The notes: a model not told the origin generated them from the sequence alone. 64,000 nucleotides of DNA from an uncultured Bacilli bacterium (GCA_910584165.1 CAJTZU010000003.1:126576-190575), one strand, 5' to 3'. Positions 46,681 to 57,378 are shown, counted from the stretch's first letter. Made by a program: numbers and translations.

Positions 46681-47301
46681 ATGAAAAAGTTTTTAACACT
46701 TTTATTAATAACTGTTATGTTATTTGGAGCAGTAGGATGCTTTAATAATAAAGAAAAGAAGGAAGAAGAAAAGCCAAAGACGGAGGAGAAAACAGATGCT
46801 CAAAAGTTTGCAGAAGAATATAAACAAGTAGACGAAGATAATGTATTTGTTTATAGAGATGTAGATGATATTATTAAAATCATGGAGCACGGAACAGGAA
46901 TCGTTTATTTAGGATATCCAGAATGTCCTTGGTGTCAGGCCTATGTAAAATATCTAAATGAAGTAGCAAAAGAAGAAGATGTAGAAAAGATTTATTATTG
47001 TAATACAAAGAAAGTAAAAGAGAATAGTATGGAGAAATATCAAAAGTTAGTTTCTTTATTAAGTGGTCATTTACAATATAATGATGAAGGTAATGAATGG
47101 ATTTATGTGCCAAATGTATCTTTTCATATTAACGGAAAGTTAATTGCTAATGATTATGAATCTTCTAAAGATACACATAATTTAAAGGACCCAAAAGACT
47201 ATTGGACAGAAGAAGAAGTGAAAGATTTAAAATCTAGATTAAAGAGTTATATAGAAGAAGTAGATGAAGCTTTAAACGCTTGTTCTGACTGTAATAAATA
47301 A
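46681..47301 (+). CDS. Thioredoxin-fold lipoprotein (CPWC redox motif).
   Basis: Lipobox LFGAVGC. YLGYPECPWCQAY carries the CxxC active site. Confidence 0.55.
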   Translation: MKKFLTLLLITVMLFGAVGCFNNKEKKEEEKPKTEEKTDAQKFAEEYKQVDEDNVFVYRDVDDIIKIMEHGTGIVYLGYPECPWCQAYVKYLNEVAKEEDVEKIYYCNTKKVKENSMEKYQKLVSLLSGHLQYNDEGNEWIYVPNVSFHINGKLIANDYESSKDTHNLKDPKDYWTEEEVKDLKSRLKSYIEEVDEALNACSDCNK

Positions 47302-47333
47302 GAATAAATTAGTTTTCGATTTATTCTTTTTTT
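47302..47333 (+). terminator. Rho-independent terminator.
   Basis: 8-bp stem GAATAAAT/ATTTATTC with a 9-nt loop, then T7. Confidence 0.75.
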
Positions 47334-47366
47334 GTTATAATATTAGAAGAACAAAGTGGAGGTATT

Positions 47367-48662
47367 ATGAACGAAATAAAATGTCCAAAATGTGGTACAG
47401 TCTTTCAAATTAGTGAAACAGACTATGAATCTATTGTGAAACAAATAAGAGATAAAGAATTTGAAAAAGAATTATCTTTACGGGAACAACAACATAAAAA
47501 AGAAGAAGAAAGTGCAGTTAAATTAGCGCAAGCAGAACTAGAAAAGAAACTATCGAAAGAATTGAATCAAAAGGAATTAGAAATCAAAGAATTAAAAAAT
47601 GAGCTGGAAAGAAAAGAAGAGCAGACTCAAAATAAGGTAGAAAAAGAATACCGTGAGGAACTCCAAAAAAAGACTCTAGAAATTACTGAGTTAAAAAATG
47701 AATTAAAGGTTAAAGATAATGAGAATGCTTTGACAATTCAAAAGAAAGTAGCTGAAAAAGAACAAGAAATAATAGAACTAAGTAATGAATTAAAATTACA
47801 TAAAAGTGAGTATTTATTAAAAGAAAAGACATTAAAAGAAAGTTATGAGGAAAAGATTAAGGATAGAGAAGAACAGATTTCTTACTATAAAGATTTTAAA
47901 GCAAGACAGTCTACTAAAATGATAGGAGAATCTTTAGAGCAACATTGTCATAATGAGTTTAATAAATTAAGACCATTATTCAAGAATGCTTACTTTGAAA
48001 AAGATAATGATATTAAAACAGGTTCAAAAGGAGATTTCATTTTTAGAGATTATGATGAAGAAAATATCGAAATTGTATCCATCATGTTTGAGATGAAAAA
48101 TGAAGCAGATACTACTTCTACGAAACATAAAAATGAGGATTTCTTAAAAGAATTGGATAAAGATAGAAAAGAGAAAAAATGTGAATATGCAGTACTAGTA
48201 ACTCTTCTAGAATTGGATAATGATTATTATAATAATGGAATTGTAGATGTATCTCATAAATATGAAAAAATGTATATTATAAGACCACAATTTTTTATAC
48301 CATTAATTACTTTAATTAGAGGAATTTCTATGCATTCTTTAGAATATAAAAAGGAATTACAAGTGATTCAAAATCAGAATATTGATATTTCTCACTTTGA
48401 AGAAAATATGAATGCTTTTAAAGAAGGCTTTGGAAGAAATTATAGGCTAGCTAGTGAAAAGTTTAAGAAAGCAATTGAAGAAATCGATAAGACTATTGAT
48501 CATTTACAAAAAACAAAAGAAGCACTTTTATCTAGTGAAAATAATTTACGTCTTGCGAATAATAAAGCGGAAGACTTAACGATAAAAAAACTTACCAGTA
48601 ATAGTGAGACAATGGCAAAAATGTTTGAAGAGTTAAAAGAAGGAGAAAAAAATGAAGAATAA
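47367..48662 (+). CDS. DUF2130-family protein (N-terminal zinc ribbon, long coiled coil, C-terminal globular domain).
   Basis: [17 protein letters not shown] zinc ribbon, an extended E/K-rich heptad region, then a conserved C-terminal domain. Confidence 0.6.
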   Translation: MNEIKCPKCGTVFQISETDYESIVKQIRDKEFEKELSLREQQHKKEEESAVKLAQAELEKKLSKELNQKELEIKELKNELERKEEQTQNKVEKEYREELQKKTLEITELKNELKVKDNENALTIQKKVAEKEQEIIELSNELKLHKSEYLLKEKTLKESYEEKIKDREEQISYYKDFKARQSTKMIGESLEQHCHNEFNKLRPLFKNAYFEKDNDIKTGSKGDFIFRDYDEENIEIVSIMFEMKNEADTTSTKHKNEDFLKELDKDRKEKKCEYAVLVTLLELDNDYYNNGIVDVSHKYEKMYIIRPQFFIPLITLIRGISMHSLEYKKELQVIQNQNIDISHFEENMNAFKEGFGRNYRLASEKFKKAIEEIDKTIDHLQKTKEALLSSENNLRLANNKAEDLTIKKLTSNSETMAKMFEELKEGEKNEE

Positions 48663-49254
48663 AAAAATAACAAGAAAAATTACACAAGGGATGTATGTAC
48701 TTACAACTAATGGTGGTGGTTGTATGGTAGATGCCGTATCTCAAATAAGTGCAGGAGATAATCCCCTTATTGCCGTTGCTGTTATGAAGAAAAATTATAC
48801 GAATGAGTTACTTAAGAAAAATACTAAATTTGCTCTTTCTGTTTTGGGAGAGGATGTTCGTCCAGATATCATTTCTATTTTTGGAATGAATTCTATGAGA
48901 GATATGAATAAATTTGAAAAAGTAGAAGCAGAAGAGGTGGAAGGCATAAAAGTACTATCTGATTCTTTAGGATATATGGTATGTGAAATAATAGATTCTA
49001 TTGATAATGATACGCATACTTTATTTATTGGTAAGTTGATAGAAGCAGATGTCTATAAAGAAGGAGTGGCTATGAGTTATGGGTATTATCAAGAAAATAA
49101 AGAGGAATTTGTAAAAGTAACAACAGAAAATGGTAAAACAGCATGGATTTGTACAGTATGTGGATATATTTATTATGGAGAAGAAATACCAGATGATTTT
49201 AAATGTCCAATATGTGGAGTGGATAAGAGTTTATTTAAGAAAAAAGAAGGATAA
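48652..49254 (+). CDS. Flavin reductase-like domain protein fused to a C-terminal rubredoxin.
   Basis: The C-terminus [31 protein letters not shown] has the rubredoxin CxxCG...CPxCG motif. The N-terminal 130 aa look like a flavin reductase fold. Confidence 0.7.
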   Translation: MKNKKITRKITQGMYVLTTNGGGCMVDAVSQISAGDNPLIAVAVMKKNYTNELLKKNTKFALSVLGEDVRPDIISIFGMNSMRDMNKFEKVEAEEVEGIKVLSDSLGYMVCEIIDSIDNDTHTLFIGKLIEADVYKEGVAMSYGYYQENKEEFVKVTTENGKTAWICTVCGYIYYGEEIPDDFKCPICGVDKSLFKKKEG

Positions 49255-49378
49255 ATATTTTCTTCTTTTTTTGTAAACTATTTGTTTTCAATAAAATCTT
49301 AATTGACTTCCTAAATAAATAAGGGTATATTGATAATAGAATATGAGAATTATTCCATATTACTAATAGGAGGAAAAT

Positions 49379-50344
49379 ATGAAAGCAAATGAAATAAAAA
49401 AAGTATCCTGTGTTGGAGCAGGTGTTATTGGATATAGTTGGGCTCTTTATTTTTCATTAAAAGGGTTAGAAGTAACTGTTTATGATATAACAGAAGAGGC
49501 TTTATCTTTATCAAAGACAAGAGTTCATGAAAGTTTAAAATCATTGATTAAAAATAATGTTGTAACAGAAACTGAAAGTACTCAAATAGAAGAAAGAATT
49601 TCTTATACACTTTCTATGGAAGAAGCCGTAAAAGAGGTACAACTTATTGTAGAATCAGGACCAGAAAACTATGATATTAAAAGAAATATGGTTAAAGAAA
49701 TGGAAGAATTTACAAGTTCTGATACAATCATTGTAAGTTCTACGTCAGGATTACTTATTACAGAGATTGCTAAGTATGCAAAAAATCCAGAACGTTTTAT
49801 AGGAGCACATCCTTATAACCCACCACATTTAATTCCATTAGTAGAAATTACTAAGGGTGAAAAAAGTACAGATGAAGTAGTAGAGACTGCCAAAGAATTT
49901 TATACTTTAATTGGAAAAGAACCAGTTGTTTTACAAAAAGAAGCATTAGGATTTATCTGTAATCGTATTCAAATGGCTCTTTATAGAGAAGTATGTGATT
50001 TAGTAATGCGCGGGGTATGTACTATTGAAGATGCTGATAAAGCAGTTACTTTTGGACCAGGCTTACGTTGGGGAATTATGGGACCATCTTTAGTATTTCA
50101 ATTAGGTGGAGGTCAATATGGAATAGCTGGTGCTTTAAAACATATGGGACCATCTGCTAATATGTGGCTTGAAGATATGGCTGATTTTAAAAAGATTCCT
50201 GATGAATTTGCCATGATTGCGCAAACTGGAGTAAATGAAGAGATGAAAAATCGTTCTAGTGAAATAGGTAATGATGATGCCTCTTTAGCAGAATATCGTG
50301 ATAAAATGTTAATCGAAATGTTAAAACTACATGGGAAATTATAG
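49379..50344 (+). CDS. 3-hydroxyacyl-CoA dehydrogenase family NAD-binding oxidoreductase (L-carnitine dehydrogenase-like, about 320 aa).
   Basis: Rossmann KVSCVGAGVIGYSWALYFSLKGLEVTVYDI. AHPYNPPHLIPLVEI is the conserved catalytic region of 3-HCDH/LcdH. Confidence 0.7.
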   Translation: MKANEIKKVSCVGAGVIGYSWALYFSLKGLEVTVYDITEEALSLSKTRVHESLKSLIKNNVVTETESTQIEERISYTLSMEEAVKEVQLIVESGPENYDIKRNMVKEMEEFTSSDTIIVSSTSGLLITEIAKYAKNPERFIGAHPYNPPHLIPLVEITKGEKSTDEVVETAKEFYTLIGKEPVVLQKEALGFICNRIQMALYREVCDLVMRGVCTIEDADKAVTFGPGLRWGIMGPSLVFQLGGGQYGIAGALKHMGPSANMWLEDMADFKKIPDEFAMIAQTGVNEEMKNRSSEIGNDDASLAEYRDKMLIEMLKLHGKL

Positions 50345-50347
50345 AAT

Positions 50348-50665
50348 ATGGCAACAACAAAAGATTATAAAGAGTATTTAGTAGGACAATTATCTATACT
50401 AGAAAATATTGTCTGTAGACCAATGATGGGAGAATATCTTCTCTATTATGATGATATCTTATTTGGGGGAATCTATGATAATCGACTACTCATTAAAATA
50501 GTAGAAGGTAATCAAAAATATGAACTTCCAAGTGCAATTCCTTATGAAGGTGCTAAAACAATGTATGAGATAGAGGATTTAGATGACCAAGAACTCATTA
50601 AAGATATTGTTCTTGATACATGTAAATGTTTACCTAAAAAAGGTACTAAAAAAAGTAGAAAATGA
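50348..50665 (+). CDS. TfoX/Sxy N-terminal domain protein.
   Basis: RPMMGEYLLYYDDILFGGIYDNRLLIK matches the MFGgxglyxdGxmFaxixddxLyxK block of TfoX_N. Confidence 0.5.
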   Translation: MATTKDYKEYLVGQLSILENIVCRPMMGEYLLYYDDILFGGIYDNRLLIKIVEGNQKYELPSAIPYEGAKTMYEIEDLDDQELIKDIVLDTCKCLPKKGTKKSRK

Positions 50666-50679
50666 ATTCTACTTTTTTT
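50649..50679. terminator. Bidirectional terminator between convergent genes.
   Basis: 12-bp stem AAAAAAGTAGAA/TTCTACTTTTTT with loop AATGAA. It overlaps both stop codons. Confidence 0.7.
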
Positions 50680-51193
50680 GTTGATTATTTACTGCTTCAA
50701 ATTTTTTAGACATTTCTTCAGGTGTCTCTTTCATACCACGTTTGTACCACTCTGTACACCAACCATAAATGATGTAAGCTACCATGACTTTAATATAATC
50801 TTCTATTTCATTCATTCCTTCTTTATATCCACAAGCAGATAAAATATTCTCTTCTAAAAGATACTGGAGATTAGATTGATATAAAAGGGGAAGAACCTCT
50901 TTTTGTTCATAGAAAAACTTAAATATTTGATAGGCAATATTGGTATCGCCACTTTCTTCCCAACGTTTTCCCCAATCTTTTAGTGCTTTTGTTAGATAAC
51001 TTTTAACAACATCTTCTTTAGAAGAGAATTTACGATAAAAAGAAATTCTAGAGACACCAGCTTTATTCGTAATATCCGTAATCGTAATATTTTTAAATTC
51101 TTTTTCTTTCATTAATTTGAGTAGAGCTTCCTCAATATATTCTTCTAAATTCATAGATTCTTTCATGTTACAAATGAGCCTCTTTTGTTTCAT
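50669..51193 (-). CDS. TetR/AcrR family transcriptional regulator.
   Basis: HTH EKEFKNITITDITNKAGVSRISFYRKFSSKEDV. Divergent from the ABC/FtsX gene. Confidence 0.8.
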   Translation of the reverse strand: MKQKRLICNMKESMNLEEYIEEALLKLMKEKEFKNITITDITNKAGVSRISFYRKFSSKEDVVKSYLTKALKDWGKRWEESGDTNIAYQIFKFFYEQKEVLPLLYQSNLQYLLEENILSACGYKEGMNEIEDYIKVMVAYIIYGWCTEWYKRGMKETPEEMSKKFEAVNNQQKK

Positions 51194-51228
51194 TTACTAT
51201 TTTTTCTATTGTACAACCTAAAAAGATG

Positions 51229-51244
51229 TGTTACACTTGTAACA
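51229..51244. promoter_or_regulatory. Candidate TetR operator in the divergent promoter region (palindrome TGTTACA-CT-TGTAACA).
   Basis: Perfect 7-bp inverted repeat centred at 51236/51237, 43 nt upstream of the ATG at 51287. Confidence 0.4.
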
Positions 51245-51286
51245 TCTTAAAGCAGATTTAAGAAAAAGTCAAGTGGAGGAGATAAA

Positions 51287-53722
51287 ATGTTAGAACTAAA
51301 AGAGATAACAAAAAAATATGTCATCGGGGAAACTTTTCAGCCAGTATTAAAAGGAATCAATATAACATTTAGAAAAAACGAATTTACTTCTATCTTAGGA
51401 GCAAGTGGTAGTGGGAAAACAACTCTTTTAAATATTATTGGTGGGTTAGATCAATATGATAGTGGCGATTTATTGATAGAGGGAGTATCTACTAGAAAAT
51501 ATACAGATAGAGATTGGGATTCTTACAGAAATTATCGTGTTGGATTTATTTTCCAAAGTTATAATTTAATTGCTCATCAAACGGTTTTATCGAATGTGGA
51601 AATTGCGCTTACTTTATCAGGTGTATCTAAAAAAGAAAGAAAAAGAAGAGCTATCGAAGCATTAGAAAAAGTAGGATTAAAAGACCATATTCATAAAAGA
51701 CCAAATCAACTATCAGGTGGGCAGATGCAAAGAGTAGCGATTGCTCGTGCTCTTGTTAATAATCCAGAAATTATTTTGGCGGATGAACCTACTGGTGCTC
51801 TTGATTCAGAAACTAGTGTTCAAATTATGGAGTTATTAAGTGAGATAGCGAAAGATAAATTAGTTATCATGGTTACTCATAACCCAGAGTTAGCTCGTGA
51901 ATATTCTAACCGTATTATCACTTTAAAAGATGGACTTATTGTGGATGATTCTAATCCGTATAAAGAAGAACAAAAGGAAGTAAAAAAGCGAAAAGTTACA
52001 AAGACTTCTATGTCTTTAATGACTTCTTTGGGATTATCTTTCAATAACTTGTTAACAAAAAAGGGAAGAACTATTCTAACTGCTTTTGCAGGTTCTATAG
52101 GTATTATTGGAATTGCCTTAATTCTTTCCTTATCTAATGGAGTATCTAAGTATGTTGCTAATATGGAAAGAGATTCCTTATCAGATTATCCATTAACATT
52201 TGAAAAAAATAGTTATGATTTTTCAAAATTATTTACGGTCAATGAAAAAGAAAAAGTAGAGTGTAGTGGAGATAAACTCTGTTCTGAAGATGATATTACA
52301 GAGCAAGTAAATTTACTTACAGATGGACTTATTAAAAAGAATAATTTAGAGGAATTTAAAAAATATTTAGATTCTAATGAAGAAATGAAAGACTATGTAA
52401 CAGAGATTCAATATGGTTACAATTTAGATTTACAAATTTATTCTAATAAGAGTGGGAATTATACTAGAATTAATCCTAATACTTTTAGTATTTTAGGTAA
52501 TCAAGATATTAGCGAATCAGAAGCTGGTGTTACAGTATCTATGCCAGATACTACTACTCCTGTTTTCCAAGAATTATTAGATAATGAAGAAGTTTTAAAT
52601 AGTAAATATGAAATAGTAGCAGGAAATCTTCCAAAAGACTATAATGAACTAGTACTTGTAGTTGGAAAAGATAATATTATTCCAGATTCTATTTTATATG
52701 CTCTTGATATAAAAGATAGAAAAGAAATAGGAAAACTTTTAGAGGAAATGGGTAAGAAAGAGGAAAAAGAAAGTACTAGTTATTCTTATGATGATATTTT
52801 AAAATTATCTTATAAATTAATTTTAAATACTGACTATTATAAAAAAGAAGATGGTATGTATCGAGATTTTTCTAATGATAGAAATTATATGAATCATATT
52901 ATAGAAAATGGTCTAGATATGAAAGTAGTTGGAATTATTCGTACAAAAGAGGATAGTACTGCTTCTAACTTTGTTGGCTATAAACATACTCTAACAGAAT
53001 ATGTAATTCGTGAGATTGCTAAAACAGATATTTATAAAGAACAAGTTCAAAATAAAGAAGTTAATGTGTTAACACATGAAGAATTTGATGGACTTAACAA
53101 TACCTATGAAAATACAGCTAAGCTACTTGGGATTGCCAATTTAGATAATCCAGATTCTATTAATATTTATCCTAATGATTTTGATTCTAAAGAAAAAATT
53201 GTAAAATTAATTGATAATTATAATGAAGAGCAAAAAAGTAATGGTAAAAATGATTTAGTGGTTTCTTATACAGATTTGATAAAAACAGTAGTAAGTGGAG
53301 TTACTTCTATTATCAATATTATCTCTTTTGTATTAATTGGATTTGTTGCTATTAGTTTAATTGTATCTAGTATTATGATAGCAATTATTACCTATATTAG
53401 TGTTTTAGAAAGAACGAAAGAAATTGGTATTTTAAGAGCAATCGGTGCTAGTAAAAAGGATGTATCTCGTGTATTTAAAGCAGAAACAATTATTGAAGGT
53501 TTAATTGCAGGCTTACTTGGTATTGGCATTGCTTTATTAATTAGTATGCCAGTAAATTTCATTGTATCTGCTGTAGCAGGAATTGAATCTGTTGCAAGTA
53601 TGCCATTAGGAAGTGCTATATTCTTAATATTATTAAGTATTTTATTAAATGTTATTGCAGGTCATATTCCATCTAAAATGGCTAGTAAGAAAGATCCTGT
53701 TATCGCACTTCGTTCGGAATAA
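51287..53722 (+). CDS. MacB-type ABC transporter: N-terminal ATPase fused to a C-terminal FtsX-like permease (811 aa).
   Basis: Walker [11 protein letters not shown]-loop, signature [15 protein letters not shown], Walker [12 protein letters not shown]. Four TM helices with a large extracytoplasmic domain between TM1 and TM2. Confidence 0.85.
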   Translation: MLELKEITKKYVIGETFQPVLKGINITFRKNEFTSILGASGSGKTTLLNIIGGLDQYDSGDLLIEGVSTRKYTDRDWDSYRNYRVGFIFQSYNLIAHQTVLSNVEIALTLSGVSKKERKRRAIEALEKVGLKDHIHKRPNQLSGGQMQRVAIARALVNNPEIILADEPTGALDSETSVQIMELLSEIAKDKLVIMVTHNPELAREYSNRIITLKDGLIVDDSNPYKEEQKEVKKRKVTKTSMSLMTSLGLSFNNLLTKKGRTILTAFAGSIGIIGIALILSLSNGVSKYVANMERDSLSDYPLTFEKNSYDFSKLFTVNEKEKVECSGDKLCSEDDITEQVNLLTDGLIKKNNLEEFKKYLDSNEEMKDYVTEIQYGYNLDLQIYSNKSGNYTRINPNTFSILGNQDISESEAGVTVSMPDTTTPVFQELLDNEEVLNSKYEIVAGNLPKDYNELVLVVGKDNIIPDSILYALDIKDRKEIGKLLEEMGKKEEKESTSYSYDDILKLSYKLILNTDYYKKEDGMYRDFSNDRNYMNHIIENGLDMKVVGIIRTKEDSTASNFVGYKHTLTEYVIREIAKTDIYKEQVQNKEVNVLTHEEFDGLNNTYENTAKLLGIANLDNPDSINIYPNDFDSKEKIVKLIDNYNEEQKSNGKNDLVVSYTDLIKTVVSGVTSIINIISFVLIGFVAISLIVSSIMIAIITYISVLERTKEIGILRAIGASKKDVSRVFKAETIIEGLIAGLLGIGIALLISMPVNFIVSAVAGIESVASMPLGSAIFLILLSILLNVIAGHIPSKMASKKDPVIALRSE

Positions 53723-53724
53723 TA

Positions 53725-53750
53725 AAAAAGCAAGGTTTTCTTGCTTTTTA
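53725..53750 (+). terminator. Rho-independent terminator.
   Basis: Stem AAAAAGCAA/TTGCTTTTT with loop GGTTTTC. Confidence 0.65.
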
Positions 53751-53809
53751 TTGATTTCATTGCAATTGTTTCGTATAATATTAGTTAGAAATAAACCTAG
53801 GAGGTTTTT

Positions 53810-54652
53810 ATGGCTGTAGAAGTTACTATTAAGAAAAAAGGTTTCTTTAAAAGAAAAATAGAAATTCCAAAACTTGTATTTGAAGATATGGGATATGGAA
53901 CAATGGATGATAATTGGAGGCTTTTAGAAAATGAAGTAGGGGAACCGACAATTGTTTATAGTCATAATATATTAGAAAGAGGAATAGAAATTGTTTCTGA
54001 AAAGGAAGAAATTTTATTACGTTTACCTCTACCAACAGGAGAAAATGAAATCCGCTTCTTTTATGAATATGTAGAAAGGTTATGTAAATACTTAAAAGTA
54101 GATACCTTTTTTAGATATGAAGAGGAATCCTATTTTGATAGAATAGAAGACTATATTAAATGGGATATTACTGCTAGTATTAGCGCTATTAGTGGTATGA
54201 GAGAATCTATTGAAAAGAAAGAATATGAAGAAATGTATATTTTTGGGGTATTAAATCCTATTACAATAGGTCCCAAAGAATTAGATTTTATTGATGACAG
54301 CCCAAAAAAATTAGGAGAACTTTTACACAATTTACAAAGTGTAGATGCTTATTATGCTGGCACTAAAATTTATCAAAGAGAAAATGGAGCCTTATTTGGT
54401 ATGTATGTTTTAACAGAGAATGTAAAATCAGTTATTCCATTAAAACCTACTATTCTTATGAATAATGAATTAAAAGTAGAGGAATGGTATGTTACTTTTT
54501 GCTATGATGAGGATATTGATGGAAGCATATTGTTTGATGATTTCATTAGTTCTATAGATACAAGCGATTATTACGATGCTACTCATTTCTTTATCACTTT
54601 GGAAAAAGAAAAGATGAAAGAATTATTAGATAAATATAGAAAAGAATTATAA
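53810..54652 (+). CDS. Hypothetical cytoplasmic protein of 280 aa.
   Basis: Strong RBS AGGAGG. No family recognised. Confidence 0.5.
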   Translation: MAVEVTIKKKGFFKRKIEIPKLVFEDMGYGTMDDNWRLLENEVGEPTIVYSHNILERGIEIVSEKEEILLRLPLPTGENEIRFFYEYVERLCKYLKVDTFFRYEEESYFDRIEDYIKWDITASISAISGMRESIEKKEYEEMYIFGVLNPITIGPKELDFIDDSPKKLGELLHNLQSVDAYYAGTKIYQRENGALFGMYVLTENVKSVIPLKPTILMNNELKVEEWYVTFCYDEDIDGSILFDDFISSIDTSDYYDATHFFITLEKEKMKELLDKYRKEL

Positions 54653-54653
54653 A

Positions 54654-54687
54654 AAGATTGAAATTTTATTATTTCAATCTTTTTTTG
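54654..54687 (+). terminator. Rho-independent terminator.
   Basis: Perfect 11-bp stem AAGATTGAAAT/ATTTCAATCTT with loop TTTATT, then T7. Confidence 0.8.
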
Positions 54688-54742
54688 TCGAAAAAAGGAA
54701 ATAGGATATTTTTCAATAATAATATTAGTAGAAAGATAAGCG

Positions 54743-55693
54743 GTGTTGAAGATGAAAAATGAAATTATTCTATTTGAAAATCAAAAAGTAAAATTAGAAG
54801 TAAATGTGAAGGATGAAACAGTTTGGTTATCTTTAGAACAGATGAGTAAATTATTTGATAGAGATAAATCAGTTATTTCTAGGCATATTAAGAATACTTT
54901 ACAAGAGGAATTAGATTCTTCAACTGTTGCAAATTTTGCAATAGTTCAAAAAGAAGGAAAAAGAAACGTAACTCGTCAGGTTGATTATTATAATTTAGAT
55001 ATGATTATTAGTATTGGTTATCGGGTGAAATCAAAAAATGGAGTTATTTTTAGAAAATGGGCTAATTCTATTTTAAAAGATTATTTATTAAAGGGTTATG
55101 TAGTTAATCAAAAAAGATTAGATTATTTAGAGAAAACAATTCAATTAATTGATATTGCTAATAGAATGGAAGATAGATTAGAAGATAATGATGCGAAAGA
55201 AATTTTAAAAGTAATTGGAGGATATTCTAAAGCATTAAATTTATTAGATGATTATGATTATAAAACCATAAGAAAAGTAGTTGGAAATAAAGATACTAGA
55301 AAGATTACTTATCAAGATTGTAAAGAGATTATTAGTAAATTAAAATTTCAAGAAAAGAGTTCTTTATTTGCAATTGAAAGAGATAGTGGTTTAGAGGCTA
55401 TCATAGGGGATATATATCAAACGTATGGAAAAGAAGATTTATATAAAAGTATTGAAGAAAAGGCTTCTAATTTCTTATATATGATTGTTAAAAATCATAT
55501 TTTTATTGATGGCAATAAAAGAATTGCGGCAACTCTTTTCATTTACTTTTTAAATTTTTATCATATCTTATATAAGAATGGTAGGGCTATTATTGATAAT
55601 AATACATTAACTGCTTTAACCTTATTAGTAGCAGAATCTAACCCTAAAGAAAAAGAAGTACTTATTGACTTAATTATGAACTTTTTGGGATAA
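54743..55693 (+). CDS. RhuM-family (virulence protein RhuM N-terminal DNA-binding domain) protein with a C-terminal Fic/Doc-family domain.
   Basis: The N-terminus IILFENQKVKLEVNVKDETVWLSLEQMSKLFDRDKSVISRHIKN...NLDMIISIGYRVKSKNGVIFRKWA matches RhuM. The C-terminus NHIFIDGNKRIAATLF matches the Doc/Fic HxFx(D/E)GNKR motif. Confidence 0.7.
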   Translation: MLKMKNEIILFENQKVKLEVNVKDETVWLSLEQMSKLFDRDKSVISRHIKNTLQEELDSSTVANFAIVQKEGKRNVTRQVDYYNLDMIISIGYRVKSKNGVIFRKWANSILKDYLLKGYVVNQKRLDYLEKTIQLIDIANRMEDRLEDNDAKEILKVIGGYSKALNLLDDYDYKTIRKVVGNKDTRKITYQDCKEIISKLKFQEKSSLFAIERDSGLEAIIGDIYQTYGKEDLYKSIEEKASNFLYMIVKNHIFIDGNKRIAATLFIYFLNFYHILYKNGRAIIDNNTLTALTLLVAESNPKEKEVLIDLIMNFLG

Positions 55694-55716
55694 CCTTTAA
55701 AAATAAAAATTAAGTA

Positions 55717-55747
55717 TTGACCTAAAGTAATGTTTAGGTGTTAAAAT
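55717..55747 (+). promoter_or_regulatory. MerR-type promoter: TTGACC, 19-nt spacer containing the dyad ACCTAAAGTAATGTTTAGGT, then TAAAAT.
   Basis: -35 at 55717-55722, -10 at 55742-55747, exact 19-nt spacer. Near-identical to the element at 58328-58358. Confidence 0.55.
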
Positions 55748-55766
55748 GAAAATGTGGAGGTATTTT

Positions 55767-56758
55767 ATGAATAAGAAATTTATAGTAATATTGATATTAG
55801 TGATATTCATTTTAGGAGTCGTAATTACATTTAGCATGATTAAGAAGGGGGATAAAAAAGTGGATAAAGAAACAAACAATAATACTGAAATTAATAGCAA
55901 TAGTAACAGTAATGAGAATACTCATCAAAATGTGGCTGTTATTTATTTTTCCGCAACAGGGACGACAAAGGATGTAGCAGAGACTTTAAAAGAAGTAACT
56001 GATGGAGATTTTATTGAGATTATTCCAGAAGAAAAATATACTAGTAATGATTTAAATTATAATAGTGATTGCAGGGCTAATAGAGAGCAACAAGATTCAA
56101 AAGCAAGACCTAAAATTGAAAATAAAATAGATGTTAGTAAGTACGATGTTATCTATTTAGGATATCCTATTTGGTGGGGAACAGCACCTAAAATTATTTT
56201 AACTCTTTTAGATACCTATGATTTAAATGGAAAAACCGTAATTCCTTTTGTACTTCTGGTAGTACTGGAATAGAGCAAAGTATTCAAGATTTAAAAAATT
56301 ACAAATCCAATATTCATTGGCTAGATGGAAAAAGATTTTCATCTCCTTCAAAAGCAGAAATTCAAAAATGGGTAGATAGTTTAGATATCCTAGTCACTAA
56401 AGATAAAAAACTTACTATTACTGTAAATAATCAAAAATTAACAGCAACTTTAGTAGATAATTCTAGTACAAAAGTGCTTTTAGAAAGATTAGAAAATGGT
56501 CCTATTACTATTGAAATGCATGACTATGGAAGTTTTGAAAAAGTAGGGTCTCTAGGATTTGATTTACCAACGAATGATGAAGAAATTTCTACTGATGCTG
56601 GGGACATTATTTTATATCAAGGCAATTCTTTTGTTATTTACTATGATAAAAACAATTGGAATTTTACTAAATTAGGGCATATCGATAATGTTTCAAAGAT
56701 AGACTTAAAAAATATATTAGGAAGTGGAAATGTAACTGTTACCCTTTCTAAAGAATAG
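55767..56758 (+). pseudogene. Flavodoxin plus cyclophilin-like-domain fusion gene interrupted by a -1 frameshift in a T4 tract at 56246-56249.
   Basis: The ATG at 55767 follows GGAGG. The flavodoxin motifs VAVIYFSATGTTK...YLGYPIWWG...GKTVIPF end prematurely (VLLVVLE*). Shifting one nt after IPF restores CTSGSTGIEQ..., the flavodoxin phosphate-binding loop, and runs without a stop into ORF 56474..56758. That ORF is a cyclophilin-like-fold domain (LTATLVDNSST...GDIILYQGNSFVIYYD...LGHIDN). Confidence 0.55.
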
Positions 56759-56769
56759 TCTTAAAAAAG

Positions 56770-56795
56770 CAAATCTAAAACTTAGATTTGTTTTT
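56770..56795 (+). terminator. Rho-independent terminator.
   Basis: Perfect 9-bp stem CAAATCTAA/TTAGATTTG with loop AAC, then T5. Confidence 0.75.
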
Positions 56796-56826
56796 ATGTT
56801 ATAATAAGGGAAATAGAAGGTGATGT

Positions 56827-57363
56827 ATGATTATTGTTTCTCATTATTCTTCCTTGCTAGGGGATATTTTAATAGCAGTTCAAAATGATAAATTAGTTGG
56901 ACTTTGGTTAGAAAATCAAAAGCATTATCTTTCAAATTTTAAAGAAAATGTGAAAGAAGATAATCAAAATGAAATAATTTTGCAAGTAAAAAGTTGGTTA
57001 GATAGGTATTTTAATAGAGAAAATCCTAGTATAAAACAGTTAGATATAGAACTTATTGGAACAGAATTTCAAAAAATGGTATGGAAAATATTGCAGACTA
57101 TTCCATATGGAACAGTTATTACTTATAAAGATATTGCATTAGAAATAGCAAAACAAAAGGGGATAAAAAGCATGTCTTCACAAGCAGTTGGAAGTGCAGT
57201 TGGACGTAATCCTATTTCTATTATTATTCCTTGTCATAGAGTGCTCGGTAGTAATAAAAGTTTAACTGGCTATGCTGGTGGAATTGATAAAAAAATAAAA
57301 CTATTAGAATTAGAAAATGTAGAGCTTTCTACTTTTACGATTCCAAAAGAAAAAAGCAATTGA
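56827..57363 (+). CDS. ogt: Methylated-DNA-[protein]-cysteine S-methyltransferase.
   Basis: Active site IIIPCHRVLGSN (PCHRV). 178 aa. Confidence 0.85.
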   Translation: MIIVSHYSSLLGDILIAVQNDKLVGLWLENQKHYLSNFKENVKEDNQNEIILQVKSWLDRYFNRENPSIKQLDIELIGTEFQKMVWKILQTIPYGTVITYKDIALEIAKQKGIKSMSSQAVGSAVGRNPISIIIPCHRVLGSNKSLTGYAGGIDKKIKLLELENVELSTFTIPKEKSN

Positions 57364-57378
57364 TTGCTTTTTTTTAAT
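57349..57378. terminator. Probable bidirectional terminator between convergent genes.
   Basis: Stem AAAAGCAAT/ATTGCTTTT spanning the ogt stop, with T-runs on both sides. Confidence 0.5.

Noticed and set aside
46880-47113. Minus-strand ORF inside the thioredoxin-like lipoprotein gene.
   Set aside because: Antisense shadow.
49255-49378. Partial palindrome GAATATGAGAAT/ATTCCATATTAC upstream of the dehydrogenase gene, as a possible operator.
   Set aside because: Imperfect, with several mismatches and no adjacent regulator. Possibly just a weak terminator for the upstream gene.
53847-54035. Minus-strand ORF.
   Set aside because: Antisense within the 53810..54652 gene.
55697-55900. Minus-strand ORF overlapping the MerR-type promoter and the flavodoxin gene start.
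   Set aside because: Overlaps a strong + strand promoter/RBS/start. F/L/I-rich artefact.
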